A stretch of DNA of 64,000 bases from Candidatus Daviesbacteria bacterium (GCA_016187035.1 JACPKL010000005.1:7150-71149), one strand, 5' to 3'. Counted from the stretch's first letter, positions 18,780 through 27,740 are shown. Made by a program: numbers and translations. Notes: generated by a model from the letters alone, not told the origin.

Positions 18780-19622
18780 ATGAAACGGGCGAAAGTTAAA
18801 TTAGCAATTTTTGAAGGTCGAAAAATCCGTCGTCATTGGGATGAGAAAGCGGAGAAATGGTATTTTTCGGTGGTGGATATTATTGCTGCGTTGACCAATA
18901 GCAGCAATCCGCAGGTTTATTGGCGCGTGTTAAAAAAACGCTTAATTGATGAGGGTTCAGGTAAAACCGTTACAAAATGTAACGGTTTGAAAATGTTGGC
19001 AGCTGACGGCAAAATGCGTATAACGGATGTAGCGGATACGGAAACAGTTTTTCGAATCATCCAGTCTATCCCTTCACCAAATGCCGAGCCGTTTAAGTTA
19101 TGGCTCGCCCGCGTGGGATACGAGCGTGTAGAGGAAACTGAAGATCCGGAAAGGGCTATCAACAGGGCTATGCAAACCTATCTCAAGAAGGGTTATTCAC
19201 GGGAGTGGATCAACCAACGGCTTAAAAGTATTGAGATACGGAAAGGTCTGACTGACGAATGGGAAAAACGAGGAGCAAAGGAGGGACTGGAATTTGCAAC
19301 TCTCACTGACGACATTACTTTTGCCTGGGCTGGTCTTACCACAAAACAGTATAAACGCCATAAGGGATTAAAGATGCAAAGTTTACGGGATAATATGACC
19401 AATCTTGAGCTGGTTTTAAATATGCTGGCAGAAGTGAGCACAACAGAAATATCACAAAAAGAAGAACCCGATACTTTTGACAAAAACAGGAACGTTGCCA
19501 GACGGGGCGGCGGTGTAGCGCGTGTGGCCCGAAGGAAAATAGAAATAGAGACCGGAAAGAAAGTAATCAGCGAGTCAAATTATCTTTCACAAGATAGGAA
19601 GAAATTAAAAATAAATGATTAA
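18780..19622 (+). CDS. BRO-N domain protein (prophage antirepressor-like)
   Basis: FEGRKIRRHWDEKAEKWYFSVVDIIAALTNSSNPQVYWRVLKKRL is the BRO-N pattern. 280 aa. G+C higher than the host background. Confidence 0.6.
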   Translation: MKRAKVKLAIFEGRKIRRHWDEKAEKWYFSVVDIIAALTNSSNPQVYWRVLKKRLIDEGSGKTVTKCNGLKMLAADGKMRITDVADTETVFRIIQSIPSPNAEPFKLWLARVGYERVEETEDPERAINRAMQTYLKKGYSREWINQRLKSIEIRKGLTDEWEKRGAKEGLEFATLTDDITFAWAGLTTKQYKRHKGLKMQSLRDNMTNLELVLNMLAEVSTTEISQKEEPDTFDKNRNVARRGGGVARVARRKIEIETGKKVISESNYLSQDRKKLKIND

Positions 19623-19655
19623 ATTATCAAGGTCTAAATTAGAATTACTTTTTGA
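19609..19655. repeat. 47-bp inter-cassette direct repeat, copy 2 (followed by hairpin 19655-19673)
   Basis: AAATAAATGATTAAATTATCAAGGTCTAAATTAGAATTACTTTTTGA, then ATCCCGAT-TTA-ATCGGGAT (8-bp stem). Confidence 0.85.
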
Positions 19656-19676
19656 TCCCGATTTAATCGGGATTGA

Positions 19677-19940
19677 ATGTCCTTGTTGTTTTTGATGGCT
19701 ATGAAAAAGAGAGGTTTACAAGTGGATAAAAATCAAATTATTATCTACGAATCAGATGATGGCAAGGCGCGGGTAGAGGTGCGTTTTGAAAATGAAAATG
19801 TGTGGTTGACTCAAGCGCAGATGGCAGAATTATTTGACAGAGATCAATCAGTCGTTTCAAAACATATTAAAAACGTATTAGACGAGAAAGAACTTGATGA
19901 AAAAAGCAATATGCAAAATTTGCATACGGCAAACCACTAA
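19677..19940 (+). pseudogene. RhuM-family N-terminal fragment
   Basis: IIIYESDDGKARVEVRFENENVWLTQAQMAELFDRDQSVVSKHIKNVLDEKELDEKS parallels residues 9-65 of the 17918 ORF, then terminates. Confidence 0.6.
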
Positions 19941-19998
19941 CTAATGAAGATAGGAAATTAGTAGATACTCCAAAAACTCTAATGATATAATTTTCTTT

Positions 19999-21504
19999 AT
20001 GACTCTAGCCGGACAGAAGGCATACAGTGTTGATGAAATCAGAAAGTCTTTTGCCAAAGCCTATGCTCCATGGACGAAGGATGAAGATACAATACTTAAA
20101 AGTGCTTATGAAGAGTTTGTTAAATTAAACCAACCAGAGGAGAATTTTATTGCGAAGCAAGAAGCTCGCTTCATTTTAGAATATGCCAAAAAGTTTGGCA
20201 GAAAACCAGGTGGTATCAGATCCCGAATTACTAAACTACTAAATGGAGAAATTACATACAGAAAAACACAAACTGATTTAAAAAGTCTCTCTGCTAATAT
20301 TGTTTCATCATCTCAATTTAACCAAGTAACTCTTCCAGAATATTTATCTTCAGATCAAAAATTTGTTTTAGAATCCTTGCTTTCCTGGGTCAGAAATCCT
20401 AAAAATGGTTTCATCACAGTCGGTGGTTATGCTGGAACTGGCAAAACCACGATTACTTCTGTTCTGAGAGTTTTACTTAAAAAACAATCTCCAAACCTAT
20501 CAATTAGCTTTGCCTGCTTTACTGGTAAAGCCAGTATAGTATTAAAGTCTAAATTAATAGAACAGAAAGCTATTTTTAACGGAGATACCATTGGGACAAT
20601 CCATTCTTTAATGTATAAACCAAGAATTGATAAAAATGGTCAGATTATTGGTTGGAGAAGGGTTAGTAAAATTGATGCAGATTTAATTATTGTTGACGAA
20701 GCCTCAATGGTCACTAAAGATATGTGGCAAGACCTATGCTCTTACAATATTCCAATTATTGCTATTGGTGACCATGGACAGCTTCCCCCTGTTGGAGATA
20801 CTTACAGTTTAATGGATAATCCAAGTCTTAAGTTAGAAACAATCCATAGGCATGCTCAAGACAATCCAATTTTACAAATAGCTACTCTTGCCAGAACTAC
20901 AGGACAAATTCCTTTTAAAGAATTTTCTCCTTTTGTTAAAAAAGTTCCCAGAGGCACAACTGATGCTCAAGAAATCATAGATAATATTTTTAGTAATTTT
21001 AATGAGAATACCTTAATCCTTTGTGGTAGAAATACAACCAGAGTTAAACTAAACCAACAAATCAGACAGAAAATGGGTTTGACATCAGATGAGCCAATAA
21101 TTGGCGAAAGAGTTATCTGTTTAAAAAACAATTACAAAAATTTAACCAGACCAATCTACAATGGCATGATTGGAAAATTAGTTAAACTTGCTCCTTCTGA
21201 CAAACATTGGTATGAAGCAGAAATTATCTTTCAAGATGACCCAGAACCTTTTCAAGGTAGAATCTCAAAATACCAATTCCATAAAGAAAAATATTTAGAA
21301 GAAGTCAAGGGTATTCACTATACAGAGATTGGTGACAGGTTTGATTTTGGTTATGCCTTAACAGTCCATAAATCTCAAGGTTCCCAAGCAGATATAGTTT
21401 TACTTTTTGAGGAACCATCAACTTATTGGGAAGATGAGCTATGGAATAGGTGGCTCTATACAGCAGTTACCAGAGCAGTTAAGCAGTTATATATTATCAG
21501 GTAG
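19999..21504 (+). CDS. RecD/Pif1-like superfamily 1 DNA helicase with an N-terminal extension
   Basis: Walker A GGYAGTGKTT, Walker B VDEASMV, GDHGQLPPV, TVHKSQGSQAD. About 130-aa N-terminal region with a Myb/SANT-like APWTKDEDTIL. Confidence 0.8.
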   Translation: MTLAGQKAYSVDEIRKSFAKAYAPWTKDEDTILKSAYEEFVKLNQPEENFIAKQEARFILEYAKKFGRKPGGIRSRITKLLNGEITYRKTQTDLKSLSANIVSSSQFNQVTLPEYLSSDQKFVLESLLSWVRNPKNGFITVGGYAGTGKTTITSVLRVLLKKQSPNLSISFACFTGKASIVLKSKLIEQKAIFNGDTIGTIHSLMYKPRIDKNGQIIGWRRVSKIDADLIIVDEASMVTKDMWQDLCSYNIPIIAIGDHGQLPPVGDTYSLMDNPSLKLETIHRHAQDNPILQIATLARTTGQIPFKEFSPFVKKVPRGTTDAQEIIDNIFSNFNENTLILCGRNTTRVKLNQQIRQKMGLTSDEPIIGERVICLKNNYKNLTRPIYNGMIGKLVKLAPSDKHWYEAEIIFQDDPEPFQGRISKYQFHKEKYLEEVKGIHYTEIGDRFDFGYALTVHKSQGSQADIVLLFEEPSTYWEDELWNRWLYTAVTRAVKQLYIIR

Positions 21505-21575
21505 CGCGTACGGGAGTTGAACCCGTGATCTTCACGTTGAGAACGTGACGTCCTGGACCGCTAGACGAACGCGCC
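21502..21575 (-). tRNA. tRNA-Glu (anticodon CUC)
   Basis: Manual cloverleaf of 74 nt. Acceptor GGCGCGU/ACGCGCU (G1-U72 wobble), D stem GUCU/GGAC, anticodon stem UCACG/CGUGA with loop UUCUCAA, 5-nt variable loop, T arm ACGGG-UUCAACU-CCCGU, discriminator A. CCA is not encoded. Confidence 0.85.
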
Positions 21576-21628
21576 GTCATTGACTTATGTTCCATTTTAG
21601 CATAAAATTTCCGCGATTTGCCTAAAAC

Positions 21629-22120
21629 ATGACAAAAATAAATATTGTTTCTGCAAAGAACGTAAAAAGCACTTATCTTACTGTTAGAGGATTAGCTGAG
21701 ACAAAAGTTGAGCTGGATTATCTAAAAAAAACTAAAAGAAGTGAAATTGCTGAAAGAATTCATCAAGCCAGACAATATGGGGATTTAACTGAAAATTCAG
21801 AATATGACAGTGCCATGGAAGATCAAGCTCTCACAGAAAATAGAATTGCAGAGCTGGAAAATATTTTAAAGAAGGTTAAGGTGATAGAGTATGATCATGC
21901 TAATGACTTTGTAGTGATTGGATCAACAGTTAAAATTGAGATGGATAATGAGATAGATGAGTTTACCATAGTAGGCAGGGTAGAGGCAGATCCTTCTAAA
22001 AAAAGAATTTCCAATGAATCTCCTTTAGGCACAGCCCTTTTAGGCGCCAAAAAAGGAGAAGTAGTAGAGGTTACTACCCCTATTGTCAGGTACAAATGTA
22101 AAGTGCTTGAAATTAGATGA
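21629..22120 (+). CDS. greA: Transcription elongation factor GreA
   Basis: 163 aa. N-terminal coiled coil (EIAERIHQARQYGDLTENSEYDSAMEDQA) plus a C-terminal FKBP-like domain. Confidence 0.9.
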   Translation: MTKINIVSAKNVKSTYLTVRGLAETKVELDYLKKTKRSEIAERIHQARQYGDLTENSEYDSAMEDQALTENRIAELENILKKVKVIEYDHANDFVVIGSTVKIEMDNEIDEFTIVGRVEADPSKKRISNESPLGTALLGAKKGEVVEVTTPIVRYKCKVLEIR

Positions 22121-23448
22121 AAACTAATAATTTACCATTAGTAGAATTTAATCCCAAACTGCCTAAACTATCAAAAAACGAACAGGCAGTTTTAAAGCTT
22201 TTAATTGAGGCAGGCAGGTTAACTGTACCTATTTTTCTTGCGCAGGAAAAACAGCTGGAGAAAGATGGTAATTTTTACCCAAAAGGTGTCAGCAAAAAAG
22301 AGGTTGATGAAGCAGCTAAGAAAAATCCTGAGATTCTCTCTCCTTTTACTGTAGTGGAGAAAATTGATGGGCAGCTTCAAGCTATCCCCTATCATATTAA
22401 GTATGCTAAAGCTTTAAAACCTATTGCTGATAAATTGTATGAGGCCAGCAAGTTAACTGAAAATAAAGAGTTTGCCAGGTTTTTGAAACTAAAAGCAAAT
22501 GCTTTAGTGGAAGGTAGCTATGAAGAACCTGTAGCTGCATGGATGAAAATGAAGACTTATATTTTAGATATTACTATTGGGCCTTTTGAGCATCATGATG
22601 ACAGGCTATTTTACGCCAAAGCTTCTTATCAGTGTTGGGTGGGGGTAGTTGATTTAGAAAAGACCAAACAGCTTAACTATTATAAATATATTGTGTTAAG
22701 TGCCAGAAGAAAGGCATTGTTTCCTGATGAAAGGTTTGAAAATTACAGAGAAGTTAAAGCAAAGGTTGATTCTGTAATTTTATTCTCCGGGCATATGGCC
22801 AGAACTAAATTTGTAGGGGTTAATATACCGATGAATCTTGACTGGGTGGAAAAATATGGCTCAGAAGTAACTCTTTTTAATGAGGTCAATGATGCAAGAG
22901 TAAAAGAGCAGATATTACCAACTTTTAATAAGATTTTCACTCCGGCTTTTAGAAAAGGATTTAGTGAAGAGGATTTAAGAAAAGGTAATATGAATTATGT
23001 TGCACTTCATGAGTTTGCCCACAATGATTTATACTACAAAAATGCTGCAAAGAATTTAGCTGATTTACTTTCTCCGGTTTATGAATTAAGTGCCAGTGTT
23101 TTAGGCATGAGGATGGCCGGTTCGCTTCTGTTAAAAGACATTATTACCAATAAACAGCTTGAGTCAATGGTTGTGGCCTTTATTTGTAGAAGTTTTTATC
23201 TAATAGAAAGAGGTCAGAAAAGTAAGACTTGGGCTAATTATGCCACAGGAGGGATAATTTTTATTAATTTTATGTTTAATAGAGAAGCTATAAAACGAAA
23301 AAATAGATTAATTATTGTTAACTTTATGAAAATCTTCTTAGCTTTACAAGATCTTTCATATGCTTTGGAGTTTTTGCTCTCCTCAGGAACCAGAGAAAAT
23401 GCAGACGCGTTTATTAAAAAATACGTACGGCTTAGTTATTTATCGTAA
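22117..23448 (+). CDS. HExxH zinc metallopeptidase, possibly DPP III (M49)-like
   Basis: ALHEFAHN (HExxH) followed by YELSAS where M49 enzymes carry EExxAE. Overlaps the greA stop by 4 nt. Confidence 0.4.
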   Translation: MKTNNLPLVEFNPKLPKLSKNEQAVLKLLIEAGRLTVPIFLAQEKQLEKDGNFYPKGVSKKEVDEAAKKNPEILSPFTVVEKIDGQLQAIPYHIKYAKALKPIADKLYEASKLTENKEFARFLKLKANALVEGSYEEPVAAWMKMKTYILDITIGPFEHHDDRLFYAKASYQCWVGVVDLEKTKQLNYYKYIVLSARRKALFPDERFENYREVKAKVDSVILFSGHMARTKFVGVNIPMNLDWVEKYGSEVTLFNEVNDARVKEQILPTFNKIFTPAFRKGFSEEDLRKGNMNYVALHEFAHNDLYYKNAAKNLADLLSPVYELSASVLGMRMAGSLLLKDIITNKQLESMVVAFICRSFYLIERGQKSKTWANYATGGIIFINFMFNREAIKRKNRLIIVNFMKIFLALQDLSYALEFLLSSGTRENADAFIKKYVRLSYLS

Positions 23449-23486
23449 TAAGTCTGTAAGATTCTAATTAAACTTCACTCTTAGAA

Positions 23487-23515
23487 TTGAAATTTTTCCC
23501 GAAAAGAAGTATAAT
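23487..23515 (+). promoter_or_regulatory. Sigma-70-type promoter for the orphan gene
   Basis: TTGAAA (23487-23492), 17-nt spacer, TATAAT (23510-23515), 31 nt upstream of the ATG. Confidence 0.55.
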
Positions 23516-23546
23516 GCAGCCGTAAGTTAGATAAGTTATTTACTCT

Positions 23547-24425
23547 ATGGCTACAGTTGAATTTGTAGGGTTACGAGGTATAGATAGGTCACCAAGGATA
23601 CCTTCTAAAAGATATCCATTAACCCATACCCATGGTGGATTTGATTATGTGGCATATAAAGTGACGCGTGAGAATAAGTTGTCGTTAAGGATTAGAGCTT
23701 TACCTTTTGAAAAGGAATTCGGTTATGCTGACCCATTTCTTATTCACGATAAAGTTAGAAGTTATATAAAAGAAGGAGGAGAGGTAGAATTTGCAAGAAC
23801 AAGAGGTGTTTATGCTAAAGATGTTGCAATTGTTACCCAAGACGTAAGGAGAGTTCCTGCAGATGATCAGAGAATCGTAGTGTTATGCCCAGGGATAAGA
23901 GTGGTTTTTCCCGAGTATCAAAGATTTGGGATAGCTACACACTTTGCGGGAGAAGCGATCACAAGACATAGTCCAGATCTTGTTGTAGGCAAGACTAGGA
24001 CATGGCGTATACCCCGTATGTATCGAGATACAGGATTGATTAGTAGCATTCATCCAATCGATGCACCGTTTACTCCTGAGATGCAGGGAGTTCTAAGGTT
24101 GATTCTTGATAGGAGTACGCTTTTCGCAACAGATTTAAGAACAGGGGTGTGTTTTGGAATTTACCCTCCAGAGGAAAGCAGTCGTTTTATCCCCCCTGGC
24201 ACCAATGTAAAAGGTGTTGAGATTGATAGAAGGATAAGGGAACTAGGAGCACAGCCTGAAAAGGGTGATGGAATAGTGTATTGTGCAGTGGTGAATCAAG
24301 ATGCTGTTCAGGCTCAAATTGACAGCAGGTATTTTGATCAATCATCTATTACTTCTGTTCAACCAACCCCCAGAGGGTTACTAAAAAGAATAGGGAGTGT
24401 TTTAGATACACTAAGAGTAAGATAG
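23547..24425 (+). CDS. Hypothetical protein (292 aa, Arg-rich, no recognisable motif)
   Basis: Long ORF with its own consensus promoter. About 43% G+C in sampled lines versus about 23-30% in the flanking lysS. Confidence 0.6.
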   Translation: MATVEFVGLRGIDRSPRIPSKRYPLTHTHGGFDYVAYKVTRENKLSLRIRALPFEKEFGYADPFLIHDKVRSYIKEGGEVEFARTRGVYAKDVAIVTQDVRRVPADDQRIVVLCPGIRVVFPEYQRFGIATHFAGEAITRHSPDLVVGKTRTWRIPRMYRDTGLISSIHPIDAPFTPEMQGVLRLILDRSTLFATDLRTGVCFGIYPPEESSRFIPPGTNVKGVEIDRRIRELGAQPEKGDGIVYCAVVNQDAVQAQIDSRYFDQSSITSVQPTPRGLLKRIGSVLDTLRVR

Positions 24426-24467
24426 AACCTCCTTTTAAAAACCTCTAGCTTCAGCTATACTTTATCC

Positions 24468-25925
24468 ATGGCTTTTCAGGATTTACAAAAAGAAAGACTT
24501 AAGAAATTAAAAAATATTCAAAACTTGGGGATTAATCCCTATCCTGCTAAAGCTAGTAGAAAGCATGAGATCTCTATTGCCCGGAAAATGATGGGTAAAA
24601 AAGTAATGGTAGCCGGAAGGATCAGATCTTCAAGGCCTCATGGCAAAATTACTTTTGCTGATATAGAAGATGCTACTGGCAAAATTCAATTATTCTTTTC
24701 TCAGGAAGAGCTAAAAGGAGAAAAATATGAATTCTTAAATAATCTGGATTTAGGAGATTTTTTGGAAAGTTATGGTGAGGTATTTAAAACTCAAGCAGGA
24801 GAAATAACAATTAGAGTAGCTGGATACAACTTGCTTTCAAAAAGCCTAAGGCCTTTACCGTCCAGCTGGTATGGATTAAAAGACATTGAGGAAAGATATA
24901 GAAAACGCTATGTGGACATGATTATGAATCCTGAAGTTAAAGAGATCTTAGAAAAACGCTCACAAATAATTTTTAAAATTAGGGATTTCTTGATAAATAA
25001 AAAAGGCTATTTTGAAGTTGAAAATCCTGTGTTGCAGCCAATTTATGGAGGAACAAGAGCAAGACCTTTTAAAACATATCATAACAGCTTGGATCAGACT
25101 TTTTATCTTCGTATATCCAGTGAACTTTATTTAAAAAAGTTAATAGTTGGAGGTTTTGAAAAGGTTTTTGAAATAGGCCACACTTTTAGAAATGAAGGGA
25201 TGGACAAAAACCATAACCCGGAATTTACCATGCTTGAAACAATGGAAGCATATGCTGACTATTTGGATAATATGAATTTGATAGAGGAAATGTTTGAGTA
25301 TGTAGCTAAAGAAGTTTTCGGAAGTACGAAACTAACTTTCCAAGGGAAAATAATAGATTATAAAAAACCATGGACAAGAGTCAGTTTGACTGAACTGTTT
25401 AAAAAACATACTAATGTTTCTTTACATGAAATTGATAGTTTGGAAAAAGCCTCTGATTTGGCAAAGAAACTGGGAGTTGAAATAAAAGATTATATGACTG
25501 ATGGAGAAATTTTACTTGAGATTTTTGAGAAAAAGTGTACAGACCAATTAATCCAGCCCACTTTTGTTTATGATTACCCGGCAGATTTTTACCCTTTGGC
25601 CAAAAGAAAAACTGATAATCCCCGCCTTGTGGAAAGTTTTGATATTTATGTTGCCGGGATGGAGATGGGCACAAATTATTCAGAACAGAATGATCCTCAG
25701 GAGCTAAGGAAAGCATGGGTAGCTGAGAAACAAAAGGCAAAGAAAGGTAATTTAGAAGCCCAAAAAATAGACGAGGATTTTTTGGAGAGTTTGGAATACG
25801 GTATGCCGCCAACTTCCGGTATAGGTCCTGGTCTAGACAGATGGCTAATGGTTATGACAGACTCCCCCTCAATTGCAGATGTGATACCATTCCCCATGCT
25901 CCGTTCAGACAAAAGGAAGAGATGA
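24468..25925 (+). CDS. lysS: Lysyl-tRNA synthetase (class II)
   Basis: 485 aa. N-terminal OB anticodon-binding domain and class II core (FRNEG, GxGxGxDR-like GIGPGLDRWLM). Confidence 0.95.
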   Translation: MAFQDLQKERLKKLKNIQNLGINPYPAKASRKHEISIARKMMGKKVMVAGRIRSSRPHGKITFADIEDATGKIQLFFSQEELKGEKYEFLNNLDLGDFLESYGEVFKTQAGEITIRVAGYNLLSKSLRPLPSSWYGLKDIEERYRKRYVDMIMNPEVKEILEKRSQIIFKIRDFLINKKGYFEVENPVLQPIYGGTRARPFKTYHNSLDQTFYLRISSELYLKKLIVGGFEKVFEIGHTFRNEGMDKNHNPEFTMLETMEAYADYLDNMNLIEEMFEYVAKEVFGSTKLTFQGKIIDYKKPWTRVSLTELFKKHTNVSLHEIDSLEKASDLAKKLGVEIKDYMTDGEILLEIFEKKCTDQLIQPTFVYDYPADFYPLAKRKTDNPRLVESFDIYVAGMEMGTNYSEQNDPQELRKAWVAEKQKAKKGNLEAQKIDEDFLESLEYGMPPTSGIGPGLDRWLMVMTDSPSIADVIPFPMLRSDKRKR

Positions 25926-26521
25926 ATATTAATAATCTGAAGAAGATTTTAAAAGTTTTTCTTACTTTACAGTGGACAAAGGAATTACCAAGGCAGGGTT
26001 TTATTGCTTTAGGGTTTAAGAGAAATGAGGCAGATTCTGTGGCTGCCCATTCTTTTACCACTGCCCTGCTTGCTTATTTTTTAGCCAAACAGTTGAGTAA
26101 AAGCGGGACAAAAATTGATGCAGAAAAAACTTTAAAAATGGCTCTTGTCCATGATATAGGTGAAACAATTGTGGGGGATGTTGGCACTTTTGTTAAAGGC
26201 ATGGCAAAAGGGGTTTTTAAGGATATTGAGAAAGAAGGGGTCAAGGCTTTGGTAGACGGGTTGGATTGTAAAGATGAGGTAATTGGACTGGTGGAAGAGT
26301 ATAATCAAAGGGAAAGCCTGGAAGCAAGGGTAGTTAAAGCAGCAGATAATCTGGATGCTTTAGCCCAGGCCAAAGGTGTACCTGGCGCTAAAGATGCGTT
26401 AAAATATTTTAAGCAAGTTTATCATCTGACAAAATTTGACTGGCACAAAACTGCTGTTGATCTGATTTTGTCTGGTAGTATTGAACCTGCTAGAGAGTGG
26501 CAAGAAAATGTTAGACATTAA
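25922..26521 (+). CDS. HD-domain phosphohydrolase (YfbR-like)
   Basis: AAHSF...LVHDIGETIVGD. I place the start at Met28 of the tracked ORF (MNINNLKK), which overlaps the lysS stop as ATGA. Confidence 0.75.
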   Translation: MNINNLKKILKVFLTLQWTKELPRQGFIALGFKRNEADSVAAHSFTTALLAYFLAKQLSKSGTKIDAEKTLKMALVHDIGETIVGDVGTFVKGMAKGVFKDIEKEGVKALVDGLDCKDEVIGLVEEYNQRESLEARVVKAADNLDALAQAKGVPGAKDALKYFKQVYHLTKFDWHKTAVDLILSGSIEPAREWQENVRH

Positions 26522-27740
26522 TTTTATTAGAGATAATTTAGAAAAAGTTAAACAATCTATATTAGATAGAAAAGCTAATGTTGATTTGGAAAAGCTTTTA
26601 AAGATTGATGGGCAAAGAAGATATTTAATCCAAAAAGTAGATGCTTTAAGGGCTAAAAGAAATGAAGCAGCCAAGGCAAAAGATATAGAAACAGGTAAGA
26701 AAATAAAAGGGGAATTGGCAGGGTTGGAAAAACAGCTGCATGAAATAGAAAATGAGTGGAGTAATTTAATGCTTAAGGTACCCAATATTTTACTTGATGA
26801 GGTCCCAAGAGGTGATGCAGCACAAAATAAAATTCTCAGAAAAGAAGGGGAGCCTCCTAAATTTTCTTTTACCCCCAAAGACCATATTAGTTTAGGTAAA
26901 CTTTTAGATATTATTGATTTTGACAGGGGAGTAAAAGTAGGTGGCTTTAGAGGATATTTTTTGAAAAATGAGGGAGCAAGGCTTCACTGGGCTGTTTTAA
27001 ATTTTGCCCTGGACCATTTGGTCCAAAAAGGCTTCCAGCCGATTGTTCCACCGGTCATCAACAGAAGGTTTGCCTTAGTAGGAGGAGGGCAATTCCCCTG
27101 GGGTGAGGAAGATACCTACAAGCTAGGTGATGAAGATTATTTGGTAGGAACAGCAGAGATTCCCTTAATGGCTTTTCATGCAGATGAAACTTTTAATTTA
27201 TCAGATTTGCCTAAAAAGTATGTTGGTTTATCAGCTTGTTTCAGGACAGAAATCGGTTCTTATGGTAAAGATACCAAAGGTTTATACAGGGTACATGAAT
27301 TTTATAAAGTGGAGCAGGTAGTGTTATGTGAGGCAAATGAGCAGGAATCTTTAGGTTTTTTTGAAGAGCTTCAAGATAATAGTGAAGATATTCTGCAAAG
27401 CTTAGGGCTTCCCTATCAAGTTGTTTGTTTATCCTCAGAGGATATGGGTAAGAAAGCTGTGATAACTTATGATATAGAAACCTGGATGCCTTCACGCAAT
27501 GGCCATGGGGAGACTCATTCAAATTCAGCTGTTTTTGATTTCCAGACCAGAAGGCTTAAAATTAAATATAAGGATAAAGATGGGTCTTATAAATTTTGTC
27601 ATGCTTTAAATAATACTGCTATAGCATCCCCCAGGATTTTAATTGCGATTTTAGAAAACTTTCAACAGGAAGATGGCTCAGTTAAAATCCCTGAGGTTTT
27701 ACAAAAATATACTAATTTTTCTGAAATTAAACCCAAATAA
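26508..27740 (+). CDS. serS: Seryl-tRNA synthetase
   Basis: MLDINFIRDNLEKV start (Met10 of the tracked ORF), coiled-coil arm, class II core. Confidence 0.93.
   Translation: MLDINFIRDNLEKVKQSILDRKANVDLEKLLKIDGQRRYLIQKVDALRAKRNEAAKAKDIETGKKIKGELAGLEKQLHEIENEWSNLMLKVPNILLDEVPRGDAAQNKILRKEGEPPKFSFTPKDHISLGKLLDIIDFDRGVKVGGFRGYFLKNEGARLHWAVLNFALDHLVQKGFQPIVPPVINRRFALVGGGQFPWGEEDTYKLGDEDYLVGTAEIPLMAFHADETFNLSDLPKKYVGLSACFRTEIGSYGKDTKGLYRVHEFYKVEQVVLCEANEQESLGFFEELQDNSEDILQSLGLPYQVVCLSSEDMGKKAVITYDIETWMPSRNGHGETHSNSAVFDFQTRRLKIKYKDKDGSYKFCHALNNTAIASPRILIAILENFQQEDGSVKIPEVLQKYTNFSEIKPK

Noticed and set aside
25841-26521. Upstream-extended starts given in the ORF track for the HD gene (25841), serS (26481) and gmd (55351, TTG).
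   Set aside because: The extensions overlap the preceding conserved gene or add non-conserved residues. Internal ATGs at 25922, 26508 and 55387 give canonical N-termini (MNINNLKK, MLDINFIRDN, MANKRAFITG).
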